From positions 67,098 to 131,097 of the forward strand of contig JBDRCD010000009.1 in assembly GCA_043822105.1 (NCBI GenBank): 64,000 nucleotides of DNA, read 5' to 3'. Below the pieces are notes generated by a model. That model was not told the DNA's origin and searched no databases. It saw only the letters and a program-made list of their open reading frames with translations. This document shows positions 19,835 to 29,845 of the stretch, one piece after another; position 1 is the first letter of the stretch, and every line of letters starts with the position of its first letter. The translations under genes were made by a program, and so were the position numbers. Origin of the DNA: an archaeon (lineage in GTDB: Archaea; Nanobdellota; Nanobdellia; Woesearchaeales; GCA-2686295).

Positions 19835-19932
19835 ATTATCACCTTTTTCTTCAATCGAAACATTTTTTATTCAGAGCAACTCTTTAATAACAATTTCTCA
19901 ATAATTTTCGGAATAATTTCGGGGTTGTCGTA

Positions 19933-20559
19933 ATGAAAAGATTAGAATTGGTTGTTTCAACGTTAATGGAAATCTTTCTGATGGTTGTAATTGTTCTGAT
20001 TCCTTTAAGATTAACTCTTTTCAACGAGGATTATTATCATTCGCAGTTTGAAAAGAACAAGGTTTACTCGGATGTTGAAAATGCGGATGAAGTGCTGCAT
20101 AATCTTCTGAATTTTTTTAGAGGAAAAGAAGAACTTGTTTATTTTGAAGAAGATGAACAGTTGCATCTTGAGGATGTGAGGAGTTTGTTGAATAAGTTCT
20201 TTTTTGCACTTTATTTTTCGGTCTTCATGACTTTTCTGCTTGTTGTTGCTCTGTTCTTTCTTTTCACAGAGGATTTCAGAACAGATGTTTTCAAGATATT
20301 TTTCTTGGCAGGACTTAGCTCATTTGCATTGATTGCTCTGCTGTTTTTGGTATCGCTTAATTTTTCAATGACTTTTGAAGGTTTTCACCTGTTATTTTTT
20401 CCTCAGGGAAACTATACTTTTGCAGAAACCTCTCTTTTGATAACCATGTTTCCGGCGGTGTTTTTCAAATCTTTTTTTACAAAGCTTTTGCTTGGTTCTG
20501 TAATTATTTCTTTCATAGCCATGGCTCCACAGATAATTAAGAATAAAAGAAAGAAATAA
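19933..20559 (+). CDS. DUF1461/TIGR01906 integral membrane protein (Lit-like)
   Basis: 4 TM; E..HLEDVR.L, FEGFHLLFFPQGNY and SLLITMFP..FF motifs. Confidence 0.8.
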   Translation: MKRLELVVSTLMEIFLMVVIVLIPLRLTLFNEDYYHSQFEKNKVYSDVENADEVLHNLLNFFRGKEELVYFEEDEQLHLEDVRSLLNKFFFALYFSVFMTFLLVVALFFLFTEDFRTDVFKIFFLAGLSSFALIALLFLVSLNFSMTFEGFHLLFFPQGNYTFAETSLLITMFPAVFFKSFFTKLLLGSVIISFIAMAPQIIKNKRKK

Positions 20560-20940
20560 TCACATTGCAGAATTGTACTGAGCGTTAATCACACTATCTC
20601 TAATTGATTTGTAAGTTCTTATTTCTTTTTGTAGCTTTCGTAGCGCTTTTATTTCAGGTTCACTTAAAGCTCTTCCTTCTCTTTGTTTATTAGTTAATTC
20701 TTCTTCAAATTTTGGGTTGTATCCTGTGAATGTGTTATTGTAAAAATTATACAATAGTTCGATTTCTTCACTATCATGTCTCTCCATTATTGTGCCGTAA
20801 AATGTTGTTTGTCTTGATGGTCTATTCCAATATTCTTCAGGTTGTTCTATACATCCTGATAGAGTAATTGCAGTTGCTACAGCACCAATTGTTCCTTTAA
20901 ATGGTAACTTTTTATATAGTTCGTTTATTTTAATCATCAT
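20560..20940 (-). CDS. Putative lipoprotein
   Basis: Hydrophobic stretch ending in LSGC lipobox; SD GAGGT upstream. Confidence 0.65.
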   Translation of the reverse strand: MMIKINELYKKLPFKGTIGAVATAITLSGCIEQPEEYWNRPSRQTTFYGTIMERHDSEEIELLYNFYNNTFTGYNPKFEEELTNKQREGRALSEPEIKALRKLQKEIRTYKSIRDSVINAQYNSAM

Positions 20941-21071
20941 TTTCTAAACCTCTTTTTTAAGCCATGTGGCTTCTACTGTGTGGTGAGTGCAAGTAAGAAT
21001 ATTAATTTAACTTACCCCTTTTGGCAGTATATATTAGAAATATTTAAATATGTATTTCACTAAAAATAACT

Positions 21072-21800
21072 ATGGATGATGAATTATTTAAGGAACTTGG
21101 CTTCTCACCAAGAGAAATAAGAGTTTATCTTGCTCTTTTAGAACTAGGATCAACAACTATTGGTCCGATAGCGAATAAAAGTAAACTACAATCTTCAAAA
21201 ATATATGAAACATTAGAAAAGCTAAGAGAGAAAGGGCTTGTTAGTTATGTTATTATTTCAAAAACAAAATATTTTCAAGCGTCAGATCCGAAAGAAATTT
21301 TAAATTTGCTAGAGGAAAGAAAAAGAAGGTTTAAAAATGTTTTAGAAGAATTAAGGTTAAAACAAAAGTATTCTGAATCAAAGCAAATAGCCACTGTTTA
21401 TGAAGGTTTCAAATCATTTAAGACATTGTTTAACAAGATTGCAGATGAACTAACAAGCAAAGACGAATATTGGGCGTTTGCATTCAAGGAAGAATATTAC
21501 ACGCCTGCAGTCTCAATATTTTTAAGTAATTTTCACAAAAAATTAGAAGAGAAAGGGATTGAAGATAAATTATTAGGACATACTTCTGTTAAAAAAGCGA
21601 TAACAAAGACTTTCAAAGAAAACAAACATATAAAGATTAAATTCACGGAAAATGAAACTCCTCTTGGAGTTATAATTATAAAAAATAAAGTTATAAATTT
21701 GGTTTGGGGAGAAAGACCAACAGCTATTGAAATTACTTCTGAGCAAATCTATCTTCAGTATAAGAAATTCTTTTTCCAACTATGGAAAGATGCACTCTAA
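21072..21800 (+). CDS. TrmB-family transcriptional regulator
   Basis: LGFSPREIRVYLALL, KIYETLEKL..KGLV, YFQA.DP and a PLD-like effector domain. Confidence 0.9.
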   Translation: MDDELFKELGFSPREIRVYLALLELGSTTIGPIANKSKLQSSKIYETLEKLREKGLVSYVIISKTKYFQASDPKEILNLLEERKRRFKNVLEELRLKQKYSESKQIATVYEGFKSFKTLFNKIADELTSKDEYWAFAFKEEYYTPAVSIFLSNFHKKLEEKGIEDKLLGHTSVKKAITKTFKENKHIKIKFTENETPLGVIIIKNKVINLVWGERPTAIEITSEQIYLQYKKFFFQLWKDAL

Positions 21801-22028
21801 TTACTTAGCCACAATAAGTGTGCTACTTATCTTAACTTCAGGAAGACTTCTGATGTTATCCATTACAAATGTTCCTGCATCTTCAGCTGTTTTCGCTTCA
21901 ATCTTTGCCAGAATATCCCATTCACCAAACAGAATGTGTGCTTCTATAATTTCCTTATGGTCCAAAAGTTCATCCAATACTTGTTGTTCATCATTTCCCA
22001 GCAATCCAATTAACACATATGCAAGCAT
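21801..22028 (-). CDS. Stand-alone Lrp/AsnC ligand-binding (RAM) domain protein
   Basis: AYVLI, LFGEWDILAKI and IRSLPEV..SSTLIV; no HTH. Confidence 0.88.
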   Translation of the reverse strand: MLAYVLIGLLGNDEQQVLDELLDHKEIIEAHILFGEWDILAKIEAKTAEDAGTFVMDNIRSLPEVKISSTLIVAK

Positions 22029-22077
22029 TTTATTTACCCCCTATATTTTTTGAAAGGAGTTGTGTATTAAAATTTTG

Positions 22078-22833
22078 CTATTTTATTAGTCTGGCAAAGC
22101 TCAGGAATGCTGTGTGTCCAATATCTTTCATCTTTGGTCTTAGAACTCTGTCTTTTATTGTCCATTCTCTTTCCATTATTTCGATTGTTTTTTCATATAG
22201 AAATTTGTCGGTCAATGCTTTTACGAACTGTTGATTTTGGTTTATGCTTGGACTGTATGATACTACAAAACCTCCTTTTTTCAGAATTTTTTCAGCGGTC
22301 TTTACAGCTCTCCAGGGTTCAGTAACATCCAAAATTAATATGTCAATATTTTTTTCTTTTACATTTTTATAGATGTCGCCTTTTTTTACTTCAACATTTT
22401 TGAGATTGAGATTTTTTACATTGTCCTTTGCAACTTTCAGATGATCGTTGTTAATATCATAGCTGATGACTTTTTTTGCTATTTTTCCAAGAAAACATGC
22501 AAGTCCTCCTGAACCGGTTCCTGCATCCATCACGACCGATTCATTGTTTAGTCCTGTGTTTGCTATGATTGCACCGATGTCTTTCAGAGTTATTATCTGG
22601 GCAAGCCTTCTTATTTCCTTGTAATAATCGATGAATGACGGCTCCAGAATAAAATATTCTTCTTTTCCTGCCATAACAGATTTCTTTTTCAAATCTTTTT
22701 TTCTGATCATTCCATACTGGGTTGAGAAGTCTTTGGAATCATCAACCAGGTGTTTTTCAAATTTTGTCAGAGTTATATTTCTACCGTCAACGCTTGTTTC
22801 TCTCTTTTTCTTAATAAGAAGCTTTTTTACCAT
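22078..22833 (-). CDS. trmI: tRNA (adenine-N1)-methyltransferase (m1A57/58)
   Basis: QIITLKD, DAGTGSG, LDVTEPW, YSPSINQ, RP...GHTAFL; start moved to Met62 because the track ORF's 5' extension overlaps a tRNA. Confidence 0.92.
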   Translation of the reverse strand: MVKKLLIKKKRETSVDGRNITLTKFEKHLVDDSKDFSTQYGMIRKKDLKKKSVMAGKEEYFILEPSFIDYYKEIRRLAQIITLKDIGAIIANTGLNNESVVMDAGTGSGGLACFLGKIAKKVISYDINNDHLKVAKDNVKNLNLKNVEVKKGDIYKNVKEKNIDILILDVTEPWRAVKTAEKILKKGGFVVSYSPSINQNQQFVKALTDKFLYEKTIEIMEREWTIKDRVLRPKMKDIGHTAFLSFARLIK

Positions 22834-22840
22834 TGTAAAT

Positions 22841-22916
22841 TGGAGCGGAAGGGGAGATTTGAACTCCCGATCTAGCGCTCTGCAGGCGCTCGCCTTAGCC
22901 GCTTGGCCACTTCCGC
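22841..22916 (-). tRNA. tRNA-Cys(GCA), CCA encoded
   Basis: GCGGAAG acceptor stem, anticodon arm AGCGC-CUGCAGA-GCGCU, T arm GGGAG-UUCAAAU-CUCCC, U discriminator plus CCA. Confidence 0.97.
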
Positions 22917-23018
22917 TTGAATATGAATGAATAATGGGTGTTTCAAAAACTTTTTGTTTTTGAATGACAAAAATCAGAGATTTTTGTAATTTTATAAAGC
23001 TTATGAACAAAAACAATT

Positions 23019-23669
23019 TCAGCTCATTAGTTCCTGCAGTATGGAGTAGGTTTTTGCAGCATCTTTTTTTCTTATTATGACCGATAGTTCTTTTGTCGCT
23101 GAAATTAGTTCAACCATATTTATGTTGTGCCATGCGAGTCTTCTTATGACTGCAAAGATGACTCCTGGCGTATCAAAGTACTCCTTTGAAAATGTTATTG
23201 TGACCGATACAAGTTTATTCTCTTGTTCTATCAGGTCTTCTTTTTTCAGCATTGAGAGAATTTTTTCTTTATACTGTTCATTGATGATTATTGCTATGTT
23301 TGTGTTTCCTCTGCTTATGTTTAGAGTATCCCCTTTTTCATAGTCAACCATCTGTTGTATTTTCTCAATTACTTTTGAAGCGGTTCTCGTGTTCTTGACG
23401 CCTATGACACAGAGTCCTGATTTAAGACTTAATTCTGAAGTTAATTTGGCTTTTTTTTTATTAGGAATTTTACTTTCAAGTTCTTCACCGTATCTTCGAA
23501 GTGCCATCACAATTGAAGGCAGTTTTATTTTCTTTTTTATTTCCTTTTCAAATCCAGGTTTCAGTTCTTCTGCAAGACCAGGATTGCTTATTATTCCTCT
23601 CTGCATTGCTTCTGCTATGAATGGGTTTTCATCAACGTATTTTTTTACAAGGTGGCTTACATTTACCAT
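23019..23669 (-). CDS. HTH plus ACT-domain (aspartokinase regulatory-like) protein
   Basis: N-terminal GIISNPGLAE/MALRRY; C-terminal TPGVIFAVIRRLAWHNINMVELIS..ELSVII ACT fold. Confidence 0.8.
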   Translation of the reverse strand: MVNVSHLVKKYVDENPFIAEAMQRGIISNPGLAEELKPGFEKEIKKKIKLPSIVMALRRYGEELESKIPNKKKAKLTSELSLKSGLCVIGVKNTRTASKVIEKIQQMVDYEKGDTLNISRGNTNIAIIINEQYKEKILSMLKKEDLIEQENKLVSVTITFSKEYFDTPGVIFAVIRRLAWHNINMVELISATKELSVIIRKKDAAKTYSILQELMS

Positions 23670-23776
23670 TCAAATGAAAAAGATTGTTTGATTAATAAAT
23701 ATTGTTATTATTATAACGTTAAGTTATTAATGTTTATTATGCTTCTTCTGTTTCTAAAATATTTAGAGGTATAAAC

Positions 23777-24106
23777 ATGGTGGAAATAGCATCGCAGGGT
23801 GATTCAAACATTGCAAATACATATCCTAATATGATAAAAGCAGATATCAACCTAATTGTTAACGGACAGGGAGATATAAAAGAAAATATTGGATCTGTCA
23901 TTAGAGAAATGACAACCGTGTTTGCTTTAGGTGATAATTACATATTACCAAATGGTCAAACTCCTGCAGAGTTTAATAGCATTATTTTTAATAAATTAAA
24001 CAATTATATCATGACACTTTCTAATCCAAACGGATATGTTGCAGATATTACAGCATTTCAGAAAATGTTTCAGGATCGTTTGTCTATCGAAAACTATAAT
24101 GATTAG
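23777..24106 (+). CDS. Hypothetical protein
   Basis: 109 aa ORF with GAGGT SD; no recognisable motif. Confidence 0.6.
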   Translation: MVEIASQGDSNIANTYPNMIKADINLIVNGQGDIKENIGSVIREMTTVFALGDNYILPNGQTPAEFNSIIFNKLNNYIMTLSNPNGYVADITAFQKMFQDRLSIENYND

Positions 24107-24153
24107 AAACTAATTTATTTTCTTATTTCTTTTCTGTTGTTTTAATTAAAAAA

Positions 24154-24228
24154 TGGACCTAGAGGGATTCGAACCCTCGATCTACAGCTTAGAAGGCTGT
24201 CGCCTTATCCAGGCTAGGCTATAGGTCC
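24154..24228 (-). tRNA. tRNA-Arg(UCU), CCA not encoded
   Basis: GGACCUA/UAGGUCC acceptor, anticodon arm ACAGC-CUUCUAA-GCUGU, T arm GAGGG-UUCGAAU-CCCUC. Confidence 0.97.
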
Positions 24229-24312
24229 TTGAGGATATGAGAATAAAGCTCTCTTTTAAATCTTTTTACTATTCAGCAACTTTTATAAACTCTTTCTCAC
24301 ACCAACTTATTC

Positions 24313-26739
24313 ATGGCTGAACCAAGGATAAAAGAAAAGCGTTGGAGTATGGATTTAGAAAAACCCATATACGAAAAATGGAAGAAGAACAATGTCTATG
24401 CTTTTGACAAGAAAAAAAAAGGTAAAGTTTATTCTATAGATACTCCTCCTCCATATGTTAATACTCCTGTTCATATTGGTCAGGCGACAACCTATGTTCT
24501 AATGGATTTCTTTGCAAGGTTCAGAAGGATGATTGGTCAAAACGTTCTATTTCCTCTTGGTCTTGACAGAAATGGTCTTCCAATTGAAATGGCTGCTGAA
24601 AAAAAGTTTAAGGTCAGTTTGAAGCAGCTTCCAAGAATAAAATCTGCCGAATACTGTGAAAAAATACTGCAGGAAAGCTCTCTTGCTTCAACAGATACTT
24701 TTCTTAAAGCAGGTATCAGCTTCAACTCATGGAAACTGGGAAGTGAGCCAGGAGATGTATATTACACAGATTCTCCGGAGTATCGTTCGCTAACTCAAGA
24801 AACTTTCATAGACATGTGGAACAAGGATTTGATATATGAAGATAATCGTGCAAACAATTGGTGTCCTGGATGTCAAACAACCATTGCAGATGCAGAGATA
24901 GAATATGAGGATTTACCTGCTTTTTTCAACGATGTGAAGTTCAAAGTAAAAGAAACCGGTGAAGATTTAATTATTGCAACCACAAGACCGGAATTAATCT
25001 GTGCCTGTGGAATGATTATTTTCAACCCAAAGGATAAAAGGTATAAGCATTTGAATGGCAAAACAGCCATAACACCTATTTTCAACAAAGAGGTTCCAAT
25101 AAAAGCTCACCCTTTTGCAGAAATTGACAAGGGAACAGGAATAATGATGATGTGTTCTTTTGGAGACATTACAGACATACGATTTTTCAGGGAGCAAAAT
25201 CTTGAACCGATAATTGCAATAAATCAAGATGGAACCATGAATGAAAATGCAGGAATTCTAAAAGGAATAAATGTTAGGGAAGCTCAAAAAAAAATAGTCA
25301 TGGAACTTGACAAAAAAGGGCTTCTGGTTGGTCAGAAAAGACTTGTTCACAGAACACCCATTTGCGAAAGAAGCAAAAATCCGATTGAATTTATCAACAT
25401 GAAAGAATTCTATGTCAAGCAGGTTGAATTCAAACCAAAGATGAAGGAACTTGCAAAAAAACTTAATTTTTATTCTTCAAAAAGCAGACAGATAATGCTT
25501 GACTGGATTGATTCTGTAAACATTGATTGGCCAATATCCAGAAGAAGATACTATGCAACTGAAATACCTCTATGGTATGATGAAAAGAATAATTTTACAG
25601 CCCTTGCACCCAAAGGAAATTATCACAAACCTTGGAAGGAAGCACCTCCCAAGGACTCAACTGTTTTTGACAATAAAAGAAAAAAAGTTGGTCTGGTTAA
25701 AGATTTTCCAAAGAGCAATTGGATTGGTGAAGACAGAGTTTTTGACACATGGTTTGATTCTTCAATAACCCCTCTTTACATACTAAAATATTCAAGAGAT
25801 GAAGAGTTCTTCAGGAAATCATTTCCCTGCAGTCTGAGACCTCAGGGTAAAGAAATTGTCAGGACCTGGCTTTATTACACTGTTTTGAAAGATTATCTAC
25901 TAACTGGAAAACTTGTTTTTGATGACGTGTGGGTCAACTATCACATTGTTGATGATGATGGTCATAAGATGAGTAAGAGCAAAGGCAATGTTATTGATCC
26001 TCAGGAGGTTTTGAATAAATTTGGTGCTGAACCATTCAGGCTTTGGAGTGCCATTGAAGGTAATCTTGACAGAACAGACTTTAGATGTTCCTTTGAAAGA
26101 ATAGAAGGTGCAGGAAAGACTTTGACAAAGCTTTGGAACGTTGCAAGGTTCATAAGCATGTTTCCGGAGCCAAAAGGAAAACAGGTTCTTTTGGATGTTG
26201 ATAAGTGGGTTATTCATGAACTCAATACTCTTGTAAAACTTTCCAGAAAACAGTTTGAAGGTTATGATTTTCACAATCCTACAACGATGATAAAACATTT
26301 TGTTTGGGAAACTCTTGCTTCACATTATTTGGAACTTGTTAAGAACAGAGCCTATAATCCGGACAAAAAATTCACAAAAGAAGAACAGAATGGTGCACTA
26401 TTTACTCTGAATTACTGTTTGGACACGGTTTTAAAACTGCTTGCACCTGTTGTTCCTTTCATAACCTACAGAATATACGAAGATTTGAGAAAGAAAGATA
26501 TTCATTCTGAAAAGTTTCCAGAGGTTGAACATGATTATAAAGTTCCATTTTCAAAAGCAGATATTGAAAATGTAAATAGTGCTATTTGGAAATTCAAAAA
26601 AGATAATGGCATGAGTTTAAGGGATGGTTTGAAAGAAGTTACTATTCCGAAAAATCTTGCTTCTTTAGAAAAAGACTTGAAAGCTATGCATGCTGTTGAG
26701 AAAATACTATATGGTTCCAAAATAAAAATTAAGAAGTAA
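24313..26739 (+). CDS. valS: Valine--tRNA ligase
   Basis: IDTPPP, HIGQ (HIGH variant), ATTRPE, GTG, DWPISR, DTWFDSS and KMSKS. Confidence 0.93.
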   Translation: MAEPRIKEKRWSMDLEKPIYEKWKKNNVYAFDKKKKGKVYSIDTPPPYVNTPVHIGQATTYVLMDFFARFRRMIGQNVLFPLGLDRNGLPIEMAAEKKFKVSLKQLPRIKSAEYCEKILQESSLASTDTFLKAGISFNSWKLGSEPGDVYYTDSPEYRSLTQETFIDMWNKDLIYEDNRANNWCPGCQTTIADAEIEYEDLPAFFNDVKFKVKETGEDLIIATTRPELICACGMIIFNPKDKRYKHLNGKTAITPIFNKEVPIKAHPFAEIDKGTGIMMMCSFGDITDIRFFREQNLEPIIAINQDGTMNENAGILKGINVREAQKKIVMELDKKGLLVGQKRLVHRTPICERSKNPIEFINMKEFYVKQVEFKPKMKELAKKLNFYSSKSRQIMLDWIDSVNIDWPISRRRYYATEIPLWYDEKNNFTALAPKGNYHKPWKEAPPKDSTVFDNKRKKVGLVKDFPKSNWIGEDRVFDTWFDSSITPLYILKYSRDEEFFRKSFPCSLRPQGKEIVRTWLYYTVLKDYLLTGKLVFDDVWVNYHIVDDDGHKMSKSKGNVIDPQEVLNKFGAEPFRLWSAIEGNLDRTDFRCSFERIEGAGKTLTKLWNVARFISMFPEPKGKQVLLDVDKWVIHELNTLVKLSRKQFEGYDFHNPTTMIKHFVWETLASHYLELVKNRAYNPDKKFTKEEQNGALFTLNYCLDTVLKLLAPVVPFITYRIYEDLRKKDIHSEKFPEVEHDYKVPFSKADIENVNSAIWKFKKDNGMSLRDGLKEVTIPKNLASLEKDLKAMHAVEKILYGSKIKIKK

Positions 26740-26757
26740 CAAAAAAATAAAATAATT

Positions 26758-27210
26758 CTAAGAGGCTATTTCGCCGTCTACAATATGTATTTCTGTAGTT
26801 TGTCCTGCAATTGTTGAAACAACCCACATTTCTTGTGCTTCTTCGTTGAAGTAATAGGTTGTTTGTACTTCTCCAACTCCTTGAATGTTTGTGGTTTGGA
26901 CTCCTTTACAGAATTGTTTTCCTTTGTAGGTTTCTATTCCAACGATTTTTGTTGAAACAGATCCGTCTGTTGAGGTTACATCATAGGTTGAACCTGTAAG
27001 ACACCATTCATCAATTGCGCCACTTGTTCCTACTGTTGTTGTAACTTCCACTTCAGTTTCTTCTCCTGGCATTTCTGGTGCTTCAGGAAGATCTTCTCCA
27101 GTAATTGTTACAGTTGTTTTTACTTCAGTTCCTTTTGCTTCTTCAGGTGTTGAATTGCATCCAACCACAAGAAGCATTAGAACAACTAACAATAACACTA
27201 TTCTTTTCAT
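26758..27210 (-). CDS. Putative lipoprotein
   Basis: MKRIVLLLVVLMLLVVGC signal/lipobox, T/E-rich linker and a beta-rich domain with two Cys. Confidence 0.75.
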   Translation of the reverse strand: MKRIVLLLVVLMLLVVGCNSTPEEAKGTEVKTTVTITGEDLPEAPEMPGEETEVEVTTTVGTSGAIDEWCLTGSTYDVTSTDGSVSTKIVGIETYKGKQFCKGVQTTNIQGVGEVQTTYYFNEEAQEMWVVSTIAGQTTEIHIVDGEIAS

Positions 27211-27306
27211 ATTATCACCTTTATTTATGGGTTTAGAATTATAATGTTTTTAAAAAATTTGCTATAATAATTAAACATTAAGAAAGTAACAGAAAATAAT
27301 TTAAAA

Positions 27307-27708
27307 TTATTTTGCACAGTTGCAAGCCTTGTATCCTTCATTCAATGCTTTTGTTGTTGATTTGAAAGTTACTTTATGTTTTGGCTTGATATTTTTTGCG
27401 TATGGGCAGTTTGATTCGTGAAATTTCTTTCCGCCTTTAGCTGCGACATAAACTTTTTTTACTCTTTTGACAACTTTTTTTGCAACGGGTTTTCTGATTG
27501 TTACAATTTTTGTCTTTGTTGCTGGCTTTTTAGCTTTTGTATTTTTAACTTTTTCTTGAAGTTTTGTATGACTTAGCTTTAGCTTTGCAACTTCTTCATT
27601 TTGTCTCTTAAGAGCTTTGTTTAATGAAAGAACTTCTTCCTGAAGTTTCATTATATCGTTCTTTGCTAATCTGAAAGATTCCACGATGTTTTGTACGAGT
27701 TGAGTCAT
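27307..27708 (-). CDS. Coiled-coil, Lys-rich protein with C-terminal Ada-type Zn-binding domain
   Basis: KKFHESNCPYAKNI...F....A...GYKACNC matches the Ada metal-binding domain; SD AGGTGA. Confidence 0.8.
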   Translation of the reverse strand: MTQLVQNIVESFRLAKNDIMKLQEEVLSLNKALKRQNEEVAKLKLSHTKLQEKVKNTKAKKPATKTKIVTIRKPVAKKVVKRVKKVYVAAKGGKKFHESNCPYAKNIKPKHKVTFKSTTKALNEGYKACNCAK

Positions 27709-27815
27709 AATATCACCTTATTTACTACTGTGTAATAACAAATCATTTATAAATCTTTAGGTTTTTTATATCGAAATCATTATAAATTTAGCAATAAAAA
27801 CTTTAACTGTGAAAA

Positions 27816-28370
27816 ATGACTGAAATAAAAGTAATAGTGGAGAGAGGAAATGAGCTCTCAGAAAAAAGTATGAAAGAAACAAATGATTTATGGGAGAATG
27901 TTTTTTCAAGCCCCAGAACCACAAAAGCCGTTAATCCAAGCAATATTAAGACATTTATCAACGATACATTTTTTATTGTGAAAGATAAGAACGAAAAAGT
28001 ATTATCTGCAGGCAGACTGAGACCTGTCGAAATTAATTTCCTAGGAAAAACATATTTAATTCAAGGAATAGCAGACATTGCCTCAGCTGTACAAGGAAAA
28101 GGAAATGGCAAAGCTCTTATGACTGCAATGAGAAACTATCTGAAAGAGAAAAATCAGCTAGGACTGGGATTTTGCAAAAGAAAAAATAGTCTTTTCTATA
28201 AAAAATGTGGATATGAAATTGCACCCGATTCTGTAAAAAGATTTGTCTATAAACACCCAGAAAAAAAACTTCATGACGTTGATGTTCTTTTCTTTAATGA
28301 TAATGGATTCATGAAAGCAGTTCTAGAAAACCCAAAAGAAACAGTGTTTATTCCGGTACCACACTGGTGA
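27816..28370 (+). CDS. GNAT-family acetyltransferase
   Basis: QGKGNGKALM acetyl-CoA motif; FYKKCGY. Confidence 0.85.
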   Translation: MTEIKVIVERGNELSEKSMKETNDLWENVFSSPRTTKAVNPSNIKTFINDTFFIVKDKNEKVLSAGRLRPVEINFLGKTYLIQGIADIASAVQGKGNGKALMTAMRNYLKEKNQLGLGFCKRKNSLFYKKCGYEIAPDSVKRFVYKHPEKKLHDVDVLFFNDNGFMKAVLENPKETVFIPVPHW

Positions 28371-29765
28371 TTATAATCTCTTCACAATAGCACCCTTAGG
28401 TGTGTCGTCAACATAGAATCCTTTTTCTTTTAACTCATCTCTTATCTTGTCAGAAGCAGCCCAGTCTTTTTTATTCCTTGCTTCTTCTCTTTTTTTGACA
28501 AGGTTCATGATGTCTTTAGGAACACCCTGTTTTTCAAAACTCAGAACTCCAAGAACTGAATCTATACTTTGCATGAATTTCTTAACAGAAGAGGCATTTT
28601 TCTTGTTCATTTTTTCACTTGCAATAAGTTTATTTATTTCCTTAGTGAAATCAAATATTGATGCTAAAGCTTCAGAGATATTCAGATTATCATCCATGCT
28701 TTTTTCAAAGTTCTTTTTTGCAGTTTCAATTAATTTTTCAACGTCCTTGTTTTCTTTTCCATCAACAGAATCAAGTTTGTTTACAAATTCCTGGAGCCTT
28801 TCAACAGAAATTTTTGAACCTTCAAGTCCTTTTAGTGTGAAGTTGAGTTTTTGCTTGTAGTGAGTTGCCATTAGTTCATATCTTATGGCTCTTGGATCAT
28901 AGCCTTTGTCAAGAATATCTCTTAGAGTATAGAAATTTCCAAGGCTTTTACTCATTTTTTTACCGTCGACAACTAGATGTTCTCCATGTATCCAGTATTT
29001 TACAAATTTTTTGCCTGTTGCAGCTTCAGATTGAGCAATTTCATTTTCATGATGAGGAAATATAAGATCAACGCCACCTGTGTGGATGTCAAAAGTTTCT
29101 CCAAGATTGTCCATAGACATTGCACTGCATTCAATATGCCACCCCGGCCTTCCTTTTCCGATGTCTGTTTTCCAAAAAACGTCTCCGTCTTCTTTATCAT
29201 GGGCTTTCCATAGAGCGAAATCAGTTGCAGATGCTTTATCATATTCATCCTGTTTGACTCTTTCACCAACTTTTAATTCAGTTATTTTTACATGAGCAAG
29301 TTTTCCATAGTTTTTGAATTTTGAAATATCATAATAAACCGATCCGTCTTTTCCCTTGTAAGCAATTTTTTTGTTGAGAAGAGATTTAACAAGTTTAACC
29401 ATGCTTGGAATTGTTTCTGTTGCTTTTGGAATTATATCTGGTTTTTCAATGTTTAATGTTTTAAAATCCTTGAAGAATTCTTTTGTGTAAAACTCTGTAA
29501 ATTCTTTTAGTGTTTTTCCTTCTTCTCGGCTATCCCTGATTGTTTTGTCATCTACATCTGTAATGTTCATTACATGTTTTACTTTTAATCCTTTGAACTT
29601 AAGATACTTCTTTAGTATATCTGCAAATATAAAACTTCTGAGATTTCCAATGTGTGCATAGTTGTAAACTGTAGGTCCACAACTGTACATGTTTACTTTA
29701 CCTTTGTTTATTGGTTTGAACACTTCTTTTTTTCTCGTTAAAGTGTTGTAGACTTTTATTGCCAT
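28371..29765 (-). CDS. cysS: Cysteine--tRNA ligase
   Basis: CGPTVY, HIGN, DFALWK, GRPGWHIECSAM, FPHHENE and KMSKS; start moved to MAIKV. Confidence 0.97.
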   Translation of the reverse strand: MAIKVYNTLTRKKEVFKPINKGKVNMYSCGPTVYNYAHIGNLRSFIFADILKKYLKFKGLKVKHVMNITDVDDKTIRDSREEGKTLKEFTEFYTKEFFKDFKTLNIEKPDIIPKATETIPSMVKLVKSLLNKKIAYKGKDGSVYYDISKFKNYGKLAHVKITELKVGERVKQDEYDKASATDFALWKAHDKEDGDVFWKTDIGKGRPGWHIECSAMSMDNLGETFDIHTGGVDLIFPHHENEIAQSEAATGKKFVKYWIHGEHLVVDGKKMSKSLGNFYTLRDILDKGYDPRAIRYELMATHYKQKLNFTLKGLEGSKISVERLQEFVNKLDSVDGKENKDVEKLIETAKKNFEKSMDDNLNISEALASIFDFTKEINKLIASEKMNKKNASSVKKFMQSIDSVLGVLSFEKQGVPKDIMNLVKKREEARNKKDWAASDKIRDELKEKGFYVDDTPKGAIVKRL

Positions 29766-29845
29766 AATAGCTGTTGTTCTTTTCAGGTTTTTAAATGTTG
29801 TTTTACAGAGCAATATTTATATATGATAAGGTATGTTTAATATTC

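Noticed and set aside
22834..23016. N-terminal extension of TrmI in the ORF track
   Set aside because: It runs through the tRNA-Cys gene; TrmI-like sequence starts at Met62 (22833).
23777..24228. Integrated element at tRNA-Arg
   Set aside because: An orphan ORF sits at the tRNA 3' end, but I saw no integrase and no duplicated tRNA 3' end (att site).
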